This document shows, piece by piece, positions 49,257-62,173 of a DNA stretch of 64,000 nucleotides. The stretch comes from Takakia lepidozioides (Eukaryota; Plantae; Bryophyta). The stretch is taken from the NCBI GenBank assembly GCA_030704615.1, contig CM060732.1, forward strand, positions 76,384,001 through 76,448,000. Reading direction: 5' to 3'. Below the pieces are notes generated by a model. That model was not told where the DNA came from and searched no databases. It saw only the letters and a program-made list of their open reading frames with translations. The translations under genes and the position numbers were made by a program. Numbering within the stretch: the first letter of the stretch is position 1; the number at the start of each line of letters is the position of its first letter.

Positions 49257-51152
49257 ACAGAGGTGGCCGCCCCCAACAACACACTGGCTGCACTAGCCTT
49301 GGCAGCAGGTGTCAGTGCTGCACGTGTAGCTCTTCCCAATGGCACAATAACGGCCTCTGCTTCAGTATCTGTCGGGCGAGAACTAGGTGCCATGGATGTT
49401 GTCGACCCTGTCTCTACCAAGATGAATGATTGAGGCAACCTAGCCTTACGGCTTGCCTCCCCACGCTGTGGATCCAACTCCACCTCTGCACCTCGTGGCT
49501 CAGGAACTCGTGCTGCTCCTCGAGTGACGGCTGTAGCAGACTCCACCTGCACTAGTGGTAGTGTTGCCCCACACATAAATCCCATGCCTCCCATGTCTCC
49601 TCCGTCAAGATGACGCTGCTGAGGAGGAACAGGAGGTGGACCCTCAGGTCTTGGAGCTGGTACCACCTGAGCTGTGGCCATGGCAGCAAACCTTTGCTCT
49701 AGCTGCTGAAGCCGGTTGGCCATACCTTGGTCAACGCCCTGACCTCCGCGTCCTTGGCCATACTGTGCTTGCCCTTGTCCTGCACCTCGTGCCTGGCCAC
49801 CTTGTCCTCTCTGAGGTGCTCCACCTCGCTCTCGGCCACCATTGTTCCCTTGGAACTGGCCTCGCCGCAACTCAGGGTGCAAGTCATAACACTGGGCATC
49901 TCCATGCCCATACTTGCCACAATGCCCACATTGCAACTGTGCAGGCTGTGTTTGTGCCGACCCTTTGCCACTCTCTGGGCAATCTTTCTTGACATGGGGT
50001 TCTCCACATGTCCAACATACCACCCCTGGTTGCTGTTGGCCTGCAAAAGATGCTACTGGCCTCTGCACCTGAGGTCCCCTGTAAGCTCCATGGAATTTGG
50101 GTTGGGCAACCTTGCCCCCCTGACCACACTGTTGGGCAGTCCCTTGTGCCTGTTGGCTGGCAGCTGCACCTCGTGCAGGCATGTCCTTGCCAAATCCAAT
50201 GGTAACAACTCGCTCTTCCACCATGTTGAACTCAATCCGCTCAGCCAGCAGAAACACATCTGCTAATATGGGTTGGGCCGCTTGTAACAGGGTTGCATCC
50301 CGCACCCTTCTCCTGAGCTCCTTGTCCAAAATTCCATACTAGAACTGGATTGCCTAAGCTTTAGTAACCCCTTGGGTCACACTTATCAAGCGCCTCATAC
50401 GAGTGTAGGCCTCTCGCAAGCTCTCACTGGATTTGCGCTGGAAGTCTTGCAAACTTCGAAGCTTCTCTGTCCGTACGCCTTGGTAGTTCGTCCGCAACTC
50501 ATGGAAGAACTCCACCACCGGGTTGAATTTAGGCACATGTGTTGTAGTTGTGGCAGAAGGAGTAGTAGCACCTTTTGAACTGGTACCACCTGCAGAAGTA
50601 CCGACACTACTTGTTCCACTACTAGTGCTGGCAGTGGGAGATATTGGTGCTGATGCAGCTATTGGTTGCGTCGTGCCTCGAGTAATGGAAACGTAATCAG
50701 GTGACCAATACATCCTCCACTCCTCAATCTCTGCTTCATGTCCTTGCCTGAACTCGTGGTAATCGTCCATAGGCGAGCCTTCAAAATGCTGGAACAGTCC
50801 CTTCCACGCCATGAATGGGGTTGTTCATTGCGCATCTACTACAAATCACACCAGCTGTCGAACTCCTGGATAAAGTCATCCAGCTCGATTATGCCCATAG
50901 CTCCAGAGTACCTACAAGGCCCCTTGGTAGCTCCATACATCTCCTCCATGTCGTCCCACAACAATGGCGAAGGAAACTGCACACCTGTTGATGAAGCCTC
51001 CGAGTCTGTGTCAGACTCTGCACTAGTTCAGGGTGGAGATGAAGATGGTCTGAACCGAACACCTCGTCTTGTGAACCCACTCTCACTGCTACCGCGTGTA
51101 GCCGTACTCCCCTCAAAACCCTTGGGTGACTCCGTGATGACACTCACAACCC
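49184..51152 (-). pseudogene. Gag of family A with two zinc knuckles
   Basis: FQRKSSESLREAYTRMRRL capsid-like motif; CWTCGEPHVKKDC and CGHCGKYGHGDAQC. Probable ATG at 52187, separated by the solo LTR. Confidence 0.85.
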
Positions 51153-51157
51153 GCACC

Positions 51158-52174
51158 TGTTAGAGGACTGTAGGGGACTTAGACACTTATACGGGATCTG
51201 TAGGGTACCCTTAATTTTTGCACAGACTGAGACCAACAGGAGCCTTAGGGGTGACAGCAGCGCACTGTAGAGGGGGGTTACACAGTCAACACAGCCCGTC
51301 ACAGTCGTCACAGCCCACACAGCCAACACAGCCCGTCACAGTCGTCACAGCCCACACAGCCAACACAGCCCGTCACAGTCGTCACAGCCCACACAGCCAA
51401 CACAGCCCGTCACAGTCGTCACAGCCCACACAGCCGACACAGCCGTCACAGTCGTCACAGCAGACACAGCCCACACAGCCAGTCACAGCCCGGCACAGCC
51501 ACACAGCCAGTCACAGCCCGACACAGCCAAACACAGCCAGTCACCGCTTGACACAGCTGTCACGATAATAGGGAACGACTGTGGGGAACAACACCTGTGA
51601 AGGGAACATGTTAGTTCACAGACGACGGTTAGAGAGGGAAACGGTTAGAACCGCGGATAGGAGGATAAAGGGAGAAACGGGGAATGAAGGAGGATCATCA
51701 TTATTCGGAGGAGGACTTCTTAGTCAGTGGGAGCGGAGATCAGAGGAAAAAGCTGGAGAGCACGGTGAAGGAGGAAAGAGGATTAGTAGATGTTTGTTAT
51801 ATGCAAAGCGGTAGTGATATTGTAGAGCAGATTAGAGACATAATGGCTTCGGCCTGATACCTGATAAATCATAATCTGATACTTACACGATACAATCACA
51901 CTGTGTAGAGAGATCTGAGTGAAGCTGTGGATTGAATGGATGAGTGAAGAAAACCGATAGATTGATGAAGCAAACTAATACTTAATTATCAATGGTAAGG
52001 TAGCTAAGATGAATGCGAAAAGGGAAACAAATAGGAAACACCCCCATGATACACTAGCTGTAGGTCATGACTGATTGTTCTGCGCGGGCTGAGTACTTAG
52101 AGATTTCCAACTCTTCTATCTTGGAGTTTCCGCCTCGGATAGCGAAGGGATGGGTGAGTAAAAGCCGCGCGACA
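51158..52174 (+). mobile_element. Solo LTR of Gypsy family B
   Basis: TGTTAGAGG...CGCGACA, homologous to 53284-54392. Perfect 5-bp TSD GCACC (51153-51157 and 52175-52179). Confidence 0.95.
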
Positions 52175-52722
52175 GCACCTCCCCCATGTAACACTATAAG
52201 GCTCTAGTACTAATTCTAATAGTGACACGGGTGAGCACCTGTTGCGGATTAAGGGTCATATCCTAGTGGTTAAGGGCACCTGCACCTGCATCCACCGCAA
52301 GAACTCCTATGGTTGGCTGGTCATCAACCCAGCCTCACCATAGAGGAAACACTGGTGGTCTTGCTAGTCATCACTCCAGCCTCACCACCGACAGTATACT
52401 CTAGGATTGACCGGTGATCAAATCTGGCCTAATCCCTATGAAAGTAAGCGCCCACACAAAACCAACATGGCACACAGTCAAGCATGCAGGTGTGGGGGGG
52501 ATCCAAACACAAGAAACCAAAACATCAACACCCCCACACCAAAATCCCTCTGCAGTGCTGTTCCTGCAGAATACCCCAGCCCAAAAACCCCGGACTGACT
52601 GGCCTCCACCAAGAGAGGCTTTGGCAACTACAAGTACAAAGTAATGAAAATAGTAAAGAGAGGGAGGGGAAGAATAGAGGCCCGACCAAGCAAGATCTAA
52701 TCCTGATCTATGCTATCAACTG

Positions 52723-53283
52723 TCAGACTTCTCTCAAAGTGCCTCGCTCTGCATGATGGTAAGGTGTGGGAGGTATATCTATGTCCAGAAACCTGCCACT
52801 AACCTTATCCCAAGCTACAGTAGCTCGCTCTAACCAACCCTCCTCCTCTTTCTGCCAGGTAGAGACAAAGCAATACTCCCCTATCTCCCGCTCACTGAAT
52901 ACTAAAGAAAATAAAGTTAGGGTCTGACAGTCTCTCAACTCGAAAGCTTTGAGACGGTTGCGGGTGTCCTTGTTGCGAATGACTGCATCTCCTTCAAACA
53001 GAACAAACTGTTCATTGCTAATGAACCCCCGCTCGTGGTTGCCTCGTGCAGAGCGTGTCTGGCTGCAACCACGTTTGATTGCAAAAACTTGTGCAGCTCC
53101 TGCTTCTCTGCTCCAGTACACCACGGCCTTGTGGCTGAACACCTTGGTCCTCGAGGCTGTCTTTGGCTGTGTTCCAAGCCTAGCTTTCACCCACTTTGGT
53201 ATTTCACCTACAGCTGCAGAACTGCTTGCTCCAACAGAGTTCTGACTGTCCAAAGCAATATTGAGGCCCTCAACGCCAACTAC
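52723..53283 (-). CDS. Possible extra ORF upstream of family A gag, 5'-truncated by insertion
   Basis: Frame is open from the insertion junction at 53283 to the stop at 52723 (~186 codons). No motif recognised. Confidence 0.4.
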   Translation of the reverse strand, partial: VVGVEGLNIALDSQNSVGASSSAAVGEIPKWVKARLGTQPKTASRTKVFSHKAVVYWSREAGAAQVFAIKRGCSQTRSARGNHERGFISNEQFVLFEGDAVIRNKDTRNRLKAFELRDCQTLTLFSLVFSEREIGEYCFVSTWQKEEEGWLERATVAWDKVSGRFLDIDIPPTPYHHAERGTLREV

Positions 53284-54392
53284 TGTTAGAGGGCTGCTTG
53301 GGACTTAGACGCTTTTACGGGATCTGTGGGGTACCCTTAATTTTTTACACAGACTGAGACCAACATGAGCCTTAGGGGTGACAACAACAAGCTTTAAGGG
53401 GGGAGATACACAGCCCAACACAGTCCATTACAGCTCGACACAGCCAACACAGCCAGTCACAGTCAACATAGCCCGTCACAGCCAACACACCCGGCACAGC
53501 TTCGCACAGTCACATAGCCAGTCACAGCTTAACACAGCCGACACAGCCCGACACAGCCCGACACATTCCATCACAGTCCAACACAGCCCGTCACAGCCCG
53601 ACACAAACCGCCACAGCTTCGCACAGCCCGACACAGCCGCCCACAGCCGCCACAGCTTCGCACAGCCCTACACAGCCCGACATAGCCAGTCACAGCCCGC
53701 CACAGCCTGATACAGCCAGTCACAGCTCGGCACAGCTGGGGAACAGTTACCATTGGTAGGGAACGACTATGGAGGAACGACATCTGAAAAAGGAACGTGT
53801 ACTACAGAGATAACGGTTAGTTAGGAAAGCGGTTAGAACGGTTAGTAAAGAGATAAAGCGGGAAGCGGGGACATCTCGGGGGATCACTTCTGGGGGAGAG
53901 GATCGCTTCTTGGAGGACTTCGGACATCACTGGGGGGAAATAAAGCGGAGAGTGCATCTTTGAGTAGAAAGAGGGAGAGCACGGAGTAGGAGGGGAACGA
54001 TCTGTTGATGCTTGATGAATGCAAGCAGTAGAGTTGTAATGTAAAATTAGAGACTTCATGGCTTTAGCCTGATACTTGATAGATATTAATCTGATTCATA
54101 CTTCATACTCACACTCTGTAGAGAGATCTGAGTGAAGCTGTGGAATGAATGGATGAGTTGATGGAATCCGATAGATTGCTGAAGCAATCTGATACTTAAA
54201 TACCAACAGTAAGGTAACTAGCTAACATGAATACGGGAAGGAATACAAATAGGAAACACCCCCATGATACACTGGTTGTAGGTCATGACTGATTGTTCTG
54301 AGCGGGCTGAGTGCTTAGAGATTTCCAACTCTTCTATCTTGGAGTTCCCACCTCGGATAGCGAAGGGATGGGTGAGTAAAAGCCGCTCGACA
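53284..54392 (+). repeat. 5' LTR of family B, containing a CACAGC-rich tandem array
   Basis: TG...CA ends; matches 63832-64000 and 51158-52174. Confidence 0.95.
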
Positions 54393-54979
54393 TTTGGCGA
54401 CCATACTGGGGAACTGGGTCATGAACAACCAGATGTGAGAGGCATCTGGTGGGATCATGGTGGATGGAGAATTAAAGAATTTGATGTGAATCAAATTCCC
54501 TGTGAAACTGAGAAGGAAAGATTGTCCAAACGATTCTTTCAGAGGTTCTTGGAATTGCCAGACGGTTGTAAAGAAAACATTCTTAAAAGAGTGCATGATG
54601 CTGACCCTGAATGGGGTCTGGAGAAAGGAGTGATAAAGATTTATCAGGTGGCCTGTAGAGGAAGAGCACGTTGGTTACCAACACTGGTTTATGTGATAGC
54701 ATTGCTATCCATTAAGCGAGTAGAGTTTGAAGGCTGGGAGGAAAGAAAGGTGAATGTTTATACTCATATGCATGAGAACTTGTACTGGTAAAGAACTGGA
54801 TCCCAAAGGATATCTTGTGGATCAAACTCACACCAAGAACAGCTTTTCAGACTTGTTTACCATATGGGTATATGGTAACGGAGACTTCTAGTATATCCAG
54901 AGGAACATTGAAGCTTGAGAGAAACCCAGGCATATACGAGAGATATTACAGAAGAGAGTTTTGGTTATTGCCACATTAA
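54285..54979 (+). pseudogene. Extra 5' ORF of family B (1-bp deletion near 54775)
   Basis: Homologous to the open ORF 27684-28379 (CATGAAGAAC vs CATGAGAAC). Confidence 0.65.
54395..54412 (+). promoter_or_regulatory. Primer binding site (tRNA-Arg-like)
   Basis: TGGCGACCATACTGGGGA 2 nt after the LTR, identical at 27794. Resembles the tRNA-Arg PBS of Tat/Ogre elements; tRNA identity is inferred. Confidence 0.75.
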
Positions 54980-55000
54980 AAGAAATAAAAGACATGGGAC

Positions 55001-58000
55001 ATGAGTGATGAAAGAGAAGCTAGACTCCAGAGATATTCAGCAAAAAGAGAAAGCTATCTGAAAGCTAATTATCCATATCTTTGGGAGAGAGGAATAGACA
55101 TAGGGGAATCATCTGGACCTCTCACACCATTAAGATCAGGGAGTACATCACCCATACCGGAAGAACTAGAGTTGGATGCCACTCCTTCTTTTTCTTTGAA
55201 AGAAAGATTAAGGGAATTGGTACGGGAAGAAGATCAATCACGAGGTGAAAGATTTGAGGTACATCCCTGGATAAAAGATTTGACAGAAATCTTTGATAAG
55301 AGTTGGCATGGAACACCAAAAGCAGGAACTCCAGCTTCTAAAGCGGAGGGTGAAGAAGGAGGAGAGAATGTGGCAGAACCAACGGAGAGTTCAGACTCTC
55401 CAACACCATTGCAGTTGAGTTACATGAGTGAAGAAGAAACCCAAGGGCAGAACTTGGAGGATGAAAATAGAGAGAAGAAATTGGAAGAGGAAGAGTATGA
55501 AGAAGTAGACCCAACAGCTGAGGTTGAGACTACAACCAAGACATCCCAACCCGTTGGACCTGGATCAAGTGGAGCACTTGGATCACAGGCCAACGAAGGT
55601 GTCGGCTCAGGGGGATCAGGCGGGCTGCCTGGATCTGGCTCTGGGGGGACAGGGAGTGTGGGAAGTAGTGCAACTGGAGCTGGGAATAATGTGAATATCG
55701 TGGGGCCAGTAGCAAGGAGTGCTCAGGGGCCACCACTTAGTGGAAGATCCACCACAACTACAACAGGTCCTCAAGGACCAGCACCGGCAAGGGTGCCAGT
55801 ACCTGTCGGTGGGCAGAAGGTAGGGCCACAGATGGCGTTACAACCAACACGGGCAAAACCACCTTTTCCAATATATTCAGGAAAAGGGGATCCCGATGTA
55901 CACATAAGCCAATTTGAGCACATGTGTATAGTGAACAATGAGAATAGCGTTGATGCCAAGATGAGATTGTTTCCTTGTTCACTTATCAAGAAAGCAAGTG
56001 AATGGTATGCAAGATTCCCTGATAATCATTTCCTAACCTGGAATGGCTTGAATACAGCATTCCGAAATAGGTTCAGGACAAGTAAAACTGAGGATGAAGT
56101 GTATGGAAGTTTACAACAGTTAAAGCAAAAGAAGCATGAAATTGTTGAGGAGTATATGGAAAAGATGGAATTGATGATGAAAAAGCTGGCTGCTGTACCA
56201 GCACCAGGTTTACAGAAGACTTGGTTTGTGAGTGGACTAAGACCAGAGTTGCAGAAGAAAGTGGATATGTTACCCCATAATACAGTGGAGGAGGCATTTG
56301 AAACTGCAAATAGAATTGAGCAATTGGGAATGCTCAGGAGAGAGAAAAGGGATGATGAGGACTCTGAGGATGAGTCAGATGAAGAAGAAGAGCAAGAACT
56401 GAAAAGGAAGAGTAAGAGAAAGGAGAAGTTGAAGAGGGATAACTATGAGAAAAGATTAGAAGAAATCTTGAAGAAATATGCCACAGAGGCTGCAACACAT
56501 TAGAGGAAGGGTGTTTGGTGTGCAAAGTGCCTGAATGAAGGCCATACCACCACTGAATGCCACATGAAGGAGAAACACTGTACTATCTGTAAGATGGATA
56601 ACCATTCTACTGAGAATTGTTACTACAACAGAAGGACAGCTGCAAGAGAACCTAGGCAAGTAAGGGTGCATCAAGTGCAACTCCAGCCAAGAAGAAACAA
56701 TGATCATGACCACTATGGTAGGCCTGGTGGTTATAACAATGGCATGGAAGGGAGAGGTAATTCAAGAGGGAATTACCAAGGAAATTCAGAGGAACTATTA
56801 GGGTAATCCAAGGGGGAATTACCAGCCAGGGAATCAGGATTACAGAAATAATCCAAGAGCAGACCAAGGGCGAGGACCCAATGGTGAAGAACTGTGTTAC
56901 TATTGTAATCAGCCAGGACATCGAAAGGCAGCCTGTTCGTTCTGGATTACACCAGAATGAGATGAGAGCTCCTGTGAATGAGGGCCCAGTGGTGGCAGCT
57001 CACATGGTTAGGCCATGTGTTGTACCAGAAGTAAGTACAATGATAGTAACAAGAAGCAAAGCCAAACTAATACCTCCAGTAGTTGAGGAAGATGATGATA
57101 ATGAAGATGGCAGTGATATGCCTGAAGATGATGAGGCTTGGAGAGATGAGAAGGAACTGCACAAGGAAGTGGCAGATACCATAAGGGAAATGTAGAAGAG
57201 TACTGATATTCCTGTGGCAGATTCCTCTGATTCTGATGGAGAAGAAGAAGTGAGTGAGGATGAAAGGAAGAAAGAAGTTGCAGACATGCAAAGTAATGAA
57301 GGGACTTTGGCTGAAGTAATATGCCAGACCAAAGCAGAGATTACCATTGGACAGCTATTGGCTGTGGCACCTTAATGTAGACATAGGCTGTATCAAGCAA
57401 TCAATCGAATTGCCCAGGAGACAAGAAACACAGACCTGAACAGCAAGGTGACCAATTATAATGTGAAGCCGGAAGGGCGAGAAACAGTCATGGACTTTGA
57501 TGATTCTATGCCAGTAATCCAATTGAGAATTGGAAGCACAGAACTAACTGATGTACTGATAGATGGAGGCTCTGGAGTAAATATCATGACAGACCAATTA
57601 AGGAAGAAGCTTGGTCTAAGTAACATGAAACCAGCCCCATTTACAGTAACAATGGCAGATCAAAGAAGTGTACAGCCATTGGGATTGATAAGAGGAGTTA
57701 AGATACAGATACAAAAGATGATCTTTATGATCACAGTAACTGTGTTAAAGATGGATGAAGTCATGGAGGCTTACTCCTTATTATTGGGACGTCCGTGGCT
57801 GAAACAGGCCAGGGTATTCCATGACTGGAATTCTCAGTTACTAACTGTGTATAATGGAATGCACGAGATACAAATTACCACCAAGAAATCTAGTAGATTA
57901 CCTACTACGAGAAAACCTCGAGGGGTCAGAGAGTATGACTGGAGAGGAGGACTGGATGAGGAGCAGGAAGCTACCCTGTTCGCTGCACACCCAGAGTGAG

Positions 58001-61000
58001 AGCAGGTTGCAGAGATGCGGCTGGAAGGCCTAAGTTGTTTAAGAGGTATCTACTGTGGTGTAGTGTCAGCAACACCAATTGAAGAGGAAACCAGCAGTTA
58101 CCCATCACATTTCTATGAAGAAAGAGAAGGAGAAATGGAAATCCTAGAGGAACCAGCCACTGTGAGTTTACATGATGAAGTGGTGACTGGTTGGACAATC
58201 ACAGCTGATGAGCAGGTGAGGGAAGTGAATGTGGGAACTGAAGAGGAAACAAGGATGGTGAAGGTAGGAGCTGATTTGGAGCCAGAATTCTTTGAAGAAG
58301 CTAAGAGTTTGTTCATCAAATACAGAGATGTATTTGCTTGGAGCTATGAGGATCTAAAAGGGATACCACCTGAAATATGTCAGCATAAGATTGAACTGGA
58401 ACCAGGATCAGTACCAATCAAGCAGGCAAGGTACAGAATGAATCCCAACTATGCACAGAAGGTTGGAGAAGAGATCAAGAAGTTGGCTGAGGCTAAGTTT
58501 ATATACCCAATAGAGTATACAACTTGGTTGTCACCCATTGTGATAGTTCCCAAAAAGAATGGTAAACTAAGAGTTTGTGTGAACTATAAGAAGTTGAATG
58601 CTTGGACGAAGAAGGATCCATTTCCCTTGCCATTCACAGAAGCAGTATTGGACACTGTGGCAGGCCATGAAATGTACTCATTCATGGATGGCTTCAGTGG
58701 ATATAATCAAGTGCAAGTGACAGAAGAAGACTAGGGAAAGACAGCTTTCATCACAGACTGGGGTGCTTATGCATACAAAGTCATGCCTTTTGGACTTTGT
58801 AATGCACCAGCAACATTTTAGAGAGTGATAAGTGAATCTTTTCATGAGTATCTGGATGATTTCATGCAGGTGTTCTTGGATGATTTCAGTGTGTACAGCT
58901 CTAAGAATGAGCACTTGCATAAGTTGGAGTTATGTCTGGCCAGATGCAGGATGAGAGGTCTGGGCCTGAATCCAGAGAAGTGTACTTTCTGTGTGAACTC
59001 AGGGGTGCTTCTGGGACACATTGTGTGTAAGATGGGATTTCTTGTGGATCCCAGGAAAACAGAGGCCATTAAAGCCTCTCCACCACCAGTAAATGTTAAG
59101 AGTCTAAGGAGATTCCTTGGGCAAACCAGTTATTACAGAAGATTTGTCAAAAGGTATGCACAGATAGCAGCACCATTGAGCAAGTTTCTGAAGAAAGATG
59201 CAGTGTTTGCATGGACAACTGAATGTCAACAGGCTTTTGAGGAACTTACATTGTCAGTAACAACTACACCTGTGCTGATTAACCCTCACTGGCATGTAGT
59301 ATTTCATGTTCATTGTGATGCCTCAGGAGAAGCGTTGGGAGCGGTGTTAGCCCAAAATGTTACAGGAAATATAGATTCACCTGTGTACTATGCTAGCAGG
59401 TTGATGAACAGTGCTGAAAGAAATTATAGCACAACGGAAAGAGAAGCATTGGCAATGATCTATGCAGTGAAGAAATTCAGGCATTGCCTGTTGGGCAAGA
59501 AGTTTATGTTCTATGTGGATCACTAGGCTCTGATATACCTGGTAAACAAACCTCTGATAAGCGGAAGAATAGCAAGATGGTTGATAATCTTGCACGAGTT
59601 TGAGTTCAAGGTTGTTTACAAGCCTGGGAGGCTGCATCTTGTGGCGGATCACTTGTCACGGTTATCAACAGGAGAACCAGCCGTGGGAGTAGATGATCAA
59701 TTACCAGATGCGAGTCTATTTGCAGTGGAGGTGCAGGGAAGTGCAGATGACTGGTTAGATTGGCAGTGGCCAATCAGATACTACCTTGCTCATGGTCAGT
59801 GCCCACCAAGTTATGGAAAGGAGCAGAGAAAGAGAATTGCTATCAAGGCTCTACCTTACACTATGGTAGGGAGCAGAATGTATAAGCTAGGACCAGATGG
59901 AGTGCTGAAGCGATGCTTGTACCACCATGAAGTAAATAAAGTTTTGGAGGAAGTTCATAAAGGAGTGGCTGGAGGTCATTTTGGAGAAGAGACTACCAGT
60001 AGGAAGATACTACTGGCAGGTTACTGGTGGCCTACTTTGTTCAAAGATGTACACAAGTATTGTCAGAGTTGTGATGAATGTCAGAGGCTAGGACCTTTGC
60101 AAAGATCTGGGAAGATGGCTTTGCATCCTACAATGCCTACGGAACCATTTCAGAAATGGGGACTAGATTTTGTTGGACCAATAAACCCACCAGCCAAGAA
60201 TACACAGAACAAGTACATAATTACAGCCATTGATTATACTACGAAGTGGGTGGAAGCTAAAGCTTTGAGGGACAACACATCCAAGTCCACAGCAAGGTTC
60301 CTGTATTAGAACATACTTACACGATTTGGCTGTCCCTTGGAATTTATCAGTGATCAGGGAAGTCACTTCATTAATGAGACCATTGAATTATTGACTAAAG
60401 AGGTCATGATTGTGCATAGGAAGAGTACAACATATTACCCACAGGGTAATGGGCAGGCAGAGGCTACCAACAAAATACTATGTATTATCTTGGCTAAGAT
60501 AGTCAATGCAAACAGAATGGATTGGGATACAAAGCTGCTGACAGCTTTGTGGTCATACAGGACTCCATATAAAGTCACCACTAAGTATACACCATTCCAA
60601 TTAGTTTATGGTATGGAAGCTTTACTTCCAGTGGAGTTTTTGTTACCTACCATGAGAACTGAATGAGGAAGAAGAATGGAATTGGAAGATTCGATTAAGG
60701 TCAGGAAACATGAATTATACCATGTGGAAGAAGTACGAGCTGATGCAGCTGACAACATGACCAGAATTCAGAGGAAAAGGAAGGATCAGTTTGATGAAGG
60801 GAGGTTGAAGACTTTTAAAACAGGAGATTTGGTTTTGTGGTTACAAAAGAAGGGAAAGATTAAAGCTTCTAAGCTTAAATCGTCATGGAAGGGACCTTAT
60901 GTCATACAAAAGATGTATGATAACAACACGGCCATGTTATAAACCATTAACAAAGAGATGCTGGGGAGAGTCAATGCCAACAAGTTGAAATGATACAGTG

Positions 61001-61140
61001 GTATCCATGACAAACCATTGAGGCACGATTTGCATATAGAAACACAGGAACAGTCAGGGGCTACCCTAGTAATACCAACGGAACATGAAGTACTTGTCGT
61101 AAAACCAATTGTGTATGGTCTGAACAAAGAACACAGGTGT
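55001..61140 (+). pseudogene. gag-pol of family B (gag, 3 zinc knuckles, protease, RT, RNase H, integrase)
   Basis: YSGKGDPDVHI; CAKC..H..C, CTIC..H..C, CYYC..H..C; LIDGGSGVN; MDGFSGYNQ; FLDD; HCDASG; WGLDFVGP; WKGPY. Many in-frame stops. Confidence 0.93.
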
Positions 61141-61144
61141 TCGA

Positions 61145-61485
61145 ACAGCTATCACAGCCCAACACAGGGTCACACAGCCTATCACAGCCCAACACAGGGT
61201 CAAACAGCCTATCACAGCCCATCATGGCGCGACACAGCCTATCACAGCCATCAAGGCGCGACACAGCCTATCACAGCCCATCACGGCGCAACACATCCTA
61301 TCACAGCCCATCACAGTGTCACATAGCCTATCACAACCCATCACAGCGTGACACAGCCTATCACAACCTACCACAGCGTGTCACAGCCTATCACAGCTTA
61401 CCACAGTGCGACACAGCCTATCAGAGCGTACCACAATATGACATAGCCTGTCACAGCTCAACACAGCCTACCAGGGTTACACAGT
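61145..61485. repeat. 21-bp tandem array after the integrase (ACACAGCCTATCACAGCC...)
   Basis: About 15 units, built from the same CACAGC word as the LTR array. Confidence 0.85.
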
Positions 61486-62173
61486 CCATAGGATCCGTGA
61501 CAGGTGGACGTGGGTTAACATCCGGAGAGTGGCCGGCGGAAAAGTGGACGGAGGCACGTTTAAAAATAGACACGTGGACGCCAGGGCGAGACACACAGCC
61601 GGACATGGAGTGCAAAGCCAAGTGTCATCAAGGAAGAAGACAAAATTGGCCGTCAAAGTACCTACCCGACACATTAACTTATTATAGGCCCATTAATGCA
61701 TACAGGGAAAGGGTAACGGAACCCTTTAAAAGTACCGAAAAGCGAAATCCATGTCACATGTGCTATCCTAGTGGACAGTCCAGAGTGGAAAATCCATGGA
61801 AGGAAATTAAATCTAAAATCCAGTCACAGCGGTTACAGCCAATCATAAGCCAGAAGCAGGATCAAGAAATTGGAGGGATTTTAAGCGCAAGAGTCGGCGT
61901 CGTTCCAAGTAACGGGCGTCTCGACGGGACAGTCCATCAATGCTATAGCTTTGAAGCTATGGAGGAACTAACAGACTATACGCTCGCGATACTACTTACG
62001 CAGTGGCACGGGGATAGAAGAACAGAGAGTATCTTTTCTCTTAATCGATGCTTGCAAGCCCCGCAGGCTTACAAGAAATTACCCATAGCATTTTGTGGCA
62101 ACCATACGTTTATGCTTTGTGCACTACAGGCATTTCTTCAATTGTTACAGCAAAACCTTTTTGTGGGTCTAGA

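Larger units (their letters stand above)
43146..53283 (-). mobile_element. Ty3/Gypsy family A encoding a C5 DNA methyltransferase and a PHD finger; 5' end displaced out of the window by nested family B
   Basis: Order on the minus strand: gag, protease, DNMT, (inverted RT-RNaseH), integrase, PHD, PPT (AGGGGGGCAAT, 43609-43599), LTR TG...CA. Confidence 0.9.

Noticed and set aside
52250-52320. tRNA-like CCTAGTGGTTAAGG
   Set aside because: No B box or cloverleaf follows.
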